A program made the position numbers and the translations under genes. The notes below the pieces were generated by a model. That model did not search any database. It saw nothing but the letters and a program-made list of their open reading frames with translations, and was not told the origin of the DNA. This document shows positions 21,101 to 27,250 of a stretch of DNA of 27,250 nt, one piece after another (the stretch's first letter is position 1; each line of letters opens with the position of its first letter). The stretch lies in assembly GCA_000388065.2 (NCBI GenBank), contig KB932201.1. One strand, 5' to 3'. The DNA is from Fonticula alba ATCC 38817. Taxonomy: Eukaryota > Protista > Nucleariida.

Positions 21101-24100
21101 GAAGAGGACCCGGGGGAGGTGGCGGAGGTCCGGTGTTGGCGCTTGCGGAAGAGCGCCTGCCCGGACGCGGGGTCCGACGAGACATGCGTATTCTCGTAGA
21201 TCATCTGCCGGATGCCGAAGCTCGGGGAGAACTGACCACCGGTGGCGGCCGCCAGCACCAGGCCCGGGATCTTGGGAACGGTCGACGGACCGGGCAGGTT
21301 GAACTCGAACAGATGGTCCCCGGAGCAGAGGACCACCCGGCGGGACCCGACCTGCCGTTTCCGGGAACACCGCAGGGGGAGTGCCCCGGCCCGGCCAGCA
21401 CGCGAGAAAGAGGGACCATTGTCAGAGGGCAGCAACCACAGGCAGATGGCCGAAGGGAAAGGGGAAGGGAGAGGGAGAGGAAGAAAAAAAAAACAACAAC
21501 AACAACACACGGAGCAGCGCACCTCAGAGCTGACAGCGAACGACCGGATGGGATGGTCACTGATGGCTACTGCCTGGGCAATGTCATCCGGCGAGGGGAT
21601 CAGCCGACGCAGGGGGTCCGAGTCGCTGGCCAGATGCTTGCGCGTGATGCGGTTGGCCAACTCGACCGATCGGAAGGCATTCACACCGAGGTCCTTCAGC
21701 GGGAAAGCCGGTGAGGCGGCCGCATCGTCATTGCAAACCAGCATGAACTGCAGCCGGTCCGCGATGGCCTCAATGGCATCTGAAGTGTTGGGAGGGGTTT
21801 GATTTTTTTGCCCCGGTGTTTCGGGTCATGGCCCCAGCGGCAGTCGAAGGGATCGATGGTGCGGATGTAAGAGACGGGCCCTGGGGCCGGGAGAGAGAGG
21901 CAGAGAGAGGCAGAGAAAGGCAGAGAGAACAACGAGGCCGCAAAAGGAGGCCCAAGAGGAGGAAGGCAACAGCATGGCCGTACCACGGTGGCAACTGGCG
22001 GCCGCGGTGACCGAATCCAGCCGATTGGCCGACCGGATGGAGAGAGCCGATTCCGGAGACTTGGCCAGGGCCCGGAGGACCGCCACAAAGGCCGACATCA
22101 TGGTGCGCAGCTTCTCGGCATGCTCATCCTGGGCCTTTTGCCGGCGCATCTGGCGCCACATGTCCGCCAGGCGGACATCCTCCTCGGTGACAAACTCCGC
22201 CGGAAGATTGGCCAGATGCTGTTCGGCTTGGGACAGTGGCTGGCCGGCATCAAAGTCCGGGGCCTCCAGGAGCCGCAGGTTGGACATGGGGATCGGCAGC
22301 GGACGTGGCCGGGCGTCCGGATTGGACAGGACATCCATACACCAGAGCAGCGAGTCCCAATCAACCGCACCGGACCCGGTGGCAATCTGCTGCAGGGAGG
22401 AGGTCACCACGGCCAGCGCCCGGGCCGTGGCCACATGCACCAAGATGGCCTTGGGGATTGGCGACTCGAAGGGGAGGCTCTCGGCCAGGGCACTGCGACA
22501 AAGGGGGGCAGGGCGATCGGAGGAGCAGCGGAGGGCAGTCCGCACACGAGCAGATGAGGGCATTAGGAAGAAGCTGGAAGGGAGCAGGCGGCAGGGGGGG
22601 GGGGGGGAGAAAGGAAAAAAAAGAACGAGGGCCGCCGCCCCAGGGGAGCATGGGGACCCGAAGCGTACAAGGTGGCGTCCAGCAGGCTGGACGTCTCGGG
22701 CAGGGTGACTGGGCTGAGCTCGAGGCGCTGGCCGGCCGACGGCCGGCTGGCCGTCTTGTGTGGAACAACCTGTGCCAGCAGCGCCAGGCAGGCCGACGCC
22801 CAGCGCTGGGACCGGTGCGACATGCGCAAGACTGCACCGGGTGTGGGTGTTAGCTAGCTGGTCGAGAGGGCGACAAGGGCGGCAAGGGCGACAAGGGGCC
22901 GAGTGCCAGGGGGGAAGGCAAAGCACGCACGCTGAATCTCCGGCGTGGTGTCTCGGCGCCCGGCGGTCAGCAGGGCCGGCGAGTTGGGCGGCTGGCGGCT
23001 GAAGAGACGCTCCAGCGGGACACCGGTGTCCGGGCCACCCGGCGGCAGATCCGGCTGCGGGGCCATCGCCGAGCTGTCACTCCAGGAGAGGGCCAGGCAG
23101 GTGAGCGAATCAACCAACTGCAGGGCCTGGCGGTCAACCTCGACCAGCTGGATCTCGGAGATCCCAGCGCGCGGGTCGCCACCCGGCTGAGGAGCGACAC
23201 GCGGGGCGGTCAGGCCACCGGCGTCGTTGACAAAACGCCGCGCGGCCTCAAGCAGCTCGCTGGGTGTACACCATCACCGGGCCGAGGAGAGGGACGGGAA
23301 CAGGGGCAGGGGTAGGGGCAGGAGGGGGGGGGGGGGGNNNNNNNNNNNNNNNNNNNNNNNNNNNNNNNNNNNNNNNNNNNNNNNNNNNNNNNNNNNNNNN
23401 NNNNNNNNNNNNNNNNNNNNNNNNNNNNNNNNNNNNNNNNNNNNNNNNNNNNNNNNNNNNNNNNNNNNNNNNNNNNNNNNNNGGGGGGGGGGGGGGGGGT
23501 CAGCGACGGATGCGGGGAAACGGCGACAGGCACAGGGGCAGGCAAGAGACACCGGTGCGGGGGGCGGCAGGGAGGCACCTGAATCGCCGGGTCATCACGG
23601 CCACCGGCAGGGCGCCAAGAAGGGCATGCTCCGCCAGGGACAATGACACCGCATGCAGCGACAGCAACAGGTGTGGCGAGTGTCGGGCCACCAGCAGCGA
23701 CGCCGGGGTGTGCTCCGGTGATTCCGGGCCGCCGGCATCCGGGCCGCCGGCATCGGCGCCGTCGGTGCCGGCCGAGGCCGGGGCAGTCGGACCATCAGCA
23801 AAGAAGGAGTCGAACAGAGTCCGGCGCTTCTGAATCACCGGGGCCGCTTCGAAGTCGAAGGACCCCGGGCCCGGGGGGCCGCCAGCGCCAAAGTCGTCGA
23901 AGATGGATCGCGCCGCCGGGGCCGAGGCAGCCGGCCGGGCAAAGTTGAAGGACACCGGCGACGTGTCGGCCGTCGTGCCGGCTGCCGGGGGCTCGGCCCC
24001 GGCATCGGCCGGCTGCTCGGCGTCAGACTCGCCGCCGAAGTCGAAGCTGTCAAAGATCGACCGGGCGGCCGGGGCCGGGGCCGAAGCCGGGGCCGGGGCC

Positions 24101-27100
24101 GGCTTGAAGCTGAAGGAGGGCGCCTCGGCCGGCGAGGCGGACTCCTCGTCGGAATCGCTGCCGAAGGAGAAGTTGTCGAAGGCAGTGCGCACCGGGGCCG
24201 GGGCCGGGGCCGCCGGCTCCTCCTCGGAGTCGCTGCCGAAGGAGAAGCTATCGAAGGCACTGCGCACCGGGGCCGGGGCCGGGGCCGGGCGGAACATGTC
24301 CGACATGTCGGCCGCCTCGTCGGCCTCGGACTCGGAGGAGCTGCTGGCATCGCTGAAGGTGAACGAGTCGAAGGCGGATTTCCGGGCTGAGGGCGCCGCA
24401 GCCGAGGTGCCATCCGCCAGCCCGAGGCCAAGGGACTCGAGGGCCACGGCCGCCGAGACCGCGGCCGCCGCCGCACGCGGGGGCATGCTGGCAGCCGCGG
24501 CCGCGGCCGCGGCCGCCGCCTCGCGCACCGCCGCCACGGCCTCCGACACATCGGCCGCATACGCCCGAATGGACCGCAGCACGCGACTGATGATGCGCAA
24601 AACCGCAAACACACCGACCAGCGAATCGCCAGCCGGCAGAATTTGCACACTGGTGCCGCCAAGACGCCCGGACTCCGGCAGGGCCACCTGCAGCAGGTGG
24701 CTGGCCGCCGTCAGCATCAGGGACTCCTGATGCGGGTAGGACAGCAGCTCGGTGCCCGGCGTGGGGCCCGGCCCCGAGGCCGACCTGGCGCCACGGTACC
24801 GGCTAAGCAGCCGCAGCCATTCCATCAGGCTGACCGTGTGCATGGGATCCGCGGAGCCCGGGCCGAGCAGGGTCTCCGGGACATCCTCCGACCCCGGGGT
24901 GACCTGGTGCTGGGCCGGGTCCAATTGGAACAGACACCGCACCGCCAGATCCCGGTGCCCAAGGAACCAATGACACAGGTGGAAGGCCCAGGGATCGGCC
25001 GCGGCCGAGGCATCCCCATCGGTCAGCATGCAGGGCGACACCAGGCCCCCATCGGCCAGGGACCCGGCATTGGGCGCGGGCCCGGCCGGGGCGCACCAGC
25101 ACTGGCCCTCGAGGGCCGGGGCCGCGCCGGCCGCCCGGCCGCCCAGCCCCCGGCTGTTGGACAGCAGGGGAAAAGCCACCGGGGCCGAGCAGGCATCCGG
25201 CCGGCGCCAGGAGGTGGCACGGCCGCCCGCAGCCGCCGGGCTCGGCCGCGCCACCCGATACCACTCCCCCTGCAGCAGCAGGGCCTCGGCTTGAAGGAGG
25301 GCCCGAAGCTGGGGGCCGGGCTGCGTGGTCCGGTGCCCGGTGGTGTGGTCCAGGGCCCGGGCCACCAGGGCCGCCTCCATCAGGCCCACATGCCGGCGGA
25401 GGACGCGCACGGCGCCCGGCGCATCGCCACCCAGGATGAAGAGCGCCGCCGCATGATGCGGCCGGCGCTTGGCCAGCAGGTCGTAGGCATTCAGCTGGGC
25501 GGCCTTGGCCGCGCGCGGGTCCGACCCGAAGTCCCGGCTCAGGAGCCCGACCAGGCGCTGGGCATCGGCCCGGCCGGAGCCGGCCGCCACGCGCCACAGC
25601 CCAAGGATGGCCGCCTGGCGGCCGAGGGCCAGATACAGCAGCATGCAGTCCCACGGATCGCGCCGCCGGAGGTAGGCCCCCTTGCAGCAGGCGTCCAGGA
25701 GATCCGCGAAGGAGGGGCTCAGCGGCGGGGGCTCCGCGGCAGCACCGTGCCCGGCCCCGGCCTCGACACACGGGTCCAGCCCGTACCAGAGCGGCGCGCC
25801 GATGGCACACAGGCGCTCGGTCGTCCAGCGGAAGGAGTCCAGGGTCTCGGCATCCGGGCTAGGGGCCGGGGCGGTGGTGCCGGCGGCCGCCGCGGCACGT
25901 TGACGCTGACGCACGCGCCAGTCGAGCAGCATCTGCGCGCAGGATCGCAGCATGAGCGGATGCACCTCGGCCGGGGCGTGCACGGCCCAGGACAAATCCG
26001 CATAGGTGAGCTGCCCGGCGCGGGGATCGGTCCCGGAGCCGGTCGCCCCGCCGGGGGCCGCATCGACAATCGACTCATCCCCATACCGGTCATAGAAGCC
26101 GGTGTCGACCGGGTCCCCGAGGCGCACGGCCGCCGACAGGAACCGGATGGAGGCCGAGTCGCCGAGCGAGTCGGGCATCGACAAGAAGAGCCGCGTCAGG
26201 CCGCGCAGATGGCCAATCTCAACATCACTCAGGCCAAGCAGGACCGAGAGCGTCGGCAGCAGGGCCTGGTCATCGAGCCAGTCTGCCGAGCCACACACAC
26301 ACACACACACACACACGGACACAGACACATGCAGGAGAAGCGCAGACGGTGGGGGAGGGTGAGCGCAGGCCGTGCAGGGGGGCAGGACCGGAGGGGGGAA
26401 GCACCGAAAAAAAAAAGGCACAAAGGGACGAAAAGGAGGGGGGGGGGCAAAGATAAACGGCCGAAGCTCGGTCCGCTGTACGCACAGTAGAGCTGCTTAA
26501 GGTGCTCGAACTCCGGCTCGCCGGTGGCATTGGCGAAGAAGGACATGCCACGGGTTTCGCGCACCTCGCCGCCGGTGGGCAGGTCCTCCGCGATGCCGAG
26601 GGCCGGCTCCTCGGCGAAGCTCGGCCCGCCGAACAAGTCGTCATACTTGGAGAGGCTCTGCTCGTCGGAGCTATCCCCGGCACCAGGGCGCTTGGCCCCG
26701 GCCCGGCCCAGGGCCCCGGAGAGGATGTCGACCTCGGTGTCGCCGGCGTCATCGCCACCAAGAGCCAGGCCGCCGGCCGGCGAACGGGCCCCGGCCGCCG
26801 TGCCACCGGCGCTCGGCAGCGGGGGACCGGTTGGCAGGAGATCCAGCACCGGAGCCGCGCAACGGTATACATCCAGGTCCAGGGCGCCGGCATCCTGGGT
26901 GTTGAGCCCCGGACTGTCCTGGCGCTGGCGCGGCAGGAGCTTCACCAATGAGGCGTGGATGCTCAGTAGGACACTGCGCACCAGGGGCGGGATGCCGGCG
27001 GCCGCCGGGGAGTCCGCCTCACGCGCCGGCGAGTTGGCCACCAGCGGGCTGGCCAGGTAGCTGGTCAGCAGGCTGGCCGGGAGCCGGGCCAGCGCATGCA

Positions 27101-27250
27101 GCAGCCGCGGCCGGTGGTCGCCAGGGCTTACCCCATGAAGGACACCGTGCCCGGTCAGCAGGGCCGAGGTGAGATCCTGGAGCGAAAACCCGGTGATGGA
27201 CATCGGCTTGGGGGCTGTGTCGAGGCCGGGGGCCGCACATGGCCCGGACA
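18165..27250 (-). CDS. RAV1: Rav1/DMXL (RAVE subunit 1 / Rabconnectin-3 alpha) V-ATPase assembly scaffold, 5'-partial, 11 exons and about 2400 codons in window
   Basis: Exons (minus) >27250-26486, 26282-23579, 23259-22931, 22831-22669, 22492-21984, 21779-21523, 21351-21013, 20876-20669, 20445-19645, 19434-18749, 18614-18165; frame-consistent. Rav1p_C-like block: WTTERLCAIGAPLWY...DPWDCMLLYLALGR...DFGSDPRAAKAAQLNAYDLLAKRRPHHAAALFILGG...AALVARALD. DMXL-like C-terminal WD40s: SHPELPYYITAD...LLLWQF, RFDSTGSRVAAGTSAGHVAVW, VALWDLLLP, LVAGGRRG, ILTAGCDGVLRW. Extra small introns inside the 2.7 kb exon cannot be excluded. Confidence 0.88.
20596..20647. repeat. Mixed (CAA/CAG)n trinucleotide tract inside a Rav1/DMXL intron
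   Basis: Direct reading. It lies in intron 20446-20668. Confidence 0.85.
23338..23481. other. Assembly gap (144 N) flanked by poly-G, within a Rav1/DMXL intron
   Basis: N run inside intron 23260-23578. Confidence 0.99.
23795..24380 (-). repeat. Coding imperfect repeat array: six [ST]-[AIL]-F-D-x-F motifs with acidic tails and PAPA spacers; two units form a 75-nt (25-aa) direct repeat
   Basis: SAFDSFTFSD, SAFDSFSFGSDSEEE, TAFDNFSFGSDSDEE, SIFDSFDFGGESD, SIFDDFG and TLFDSFF in ORF 23500..26421. The DNA anchor tcgaaggca recurs at 24176 and 24251. Confidence 0.85.

Noticed and set aside
23210-23833. ORFs spanning N gaps (also those near 5921 and 15972)
   Set aside because: They are open only because Ns contain no stop codons.
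24643-26490. 615-aa + strand ORF, and similar long antisense ORFs such as 3305..4603, 7876..9174 and 19616..20503
   Set aside because: Shadow ORFs antisense to well-supported genes. High GC makes stops rare, and the translations are R/G/A/P-rich with no motifs.

Overview
GC-rich, intron-rich eukaryotic DNA with three assembly gaps. Introns are mostly about 70-230 nt and full of microsatellites and poly-G/C runs. The style suggests a GC-rich unicellular opisthokont (Fonticula-like), but that is an impression, not something the sequence proves. Manual splicing gives four protein-coding genes: (1) a polo-like kinase (+, 6 exons, about 1166 aa, 6758-11090), preceded by an apparently identical copy lacking its last exon; (2) a Timeless/Tof1/Swi1 fork-protection protein (-, 10 exons, about 1018 aa); (3) an Alba-domain Rpp25-like protein (+, about 207 aa) whose ATG appears split by an intron; (4) the 3' ~2400 codons of a Rav1/DMXL (RAVE/Rabconnectin-3 alpha) WD40 protein (-), running off the window end. 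The ~4.5 kb direct duplication (period 4571 nt) is bounded by a 10-N gap and simple repeats and is most likely an unmerged contig overlap. I saw no RNA genes, mobile elements or CRISPR arrays, and no evidence for a new multi-gene system. The best leads are smaller: a 5' splice-site bias (0 of 28 modelled introns have A at +4), an F-D-x-F-(x-F-G)-acidic motif array in Rav1/DMXL, the split start codon, and a Timeless that seems to lack its C-terminal domains. All exon coordinates were derived by hand from reading frame, GT-AG signals and remembered family motifs, without transcript data.
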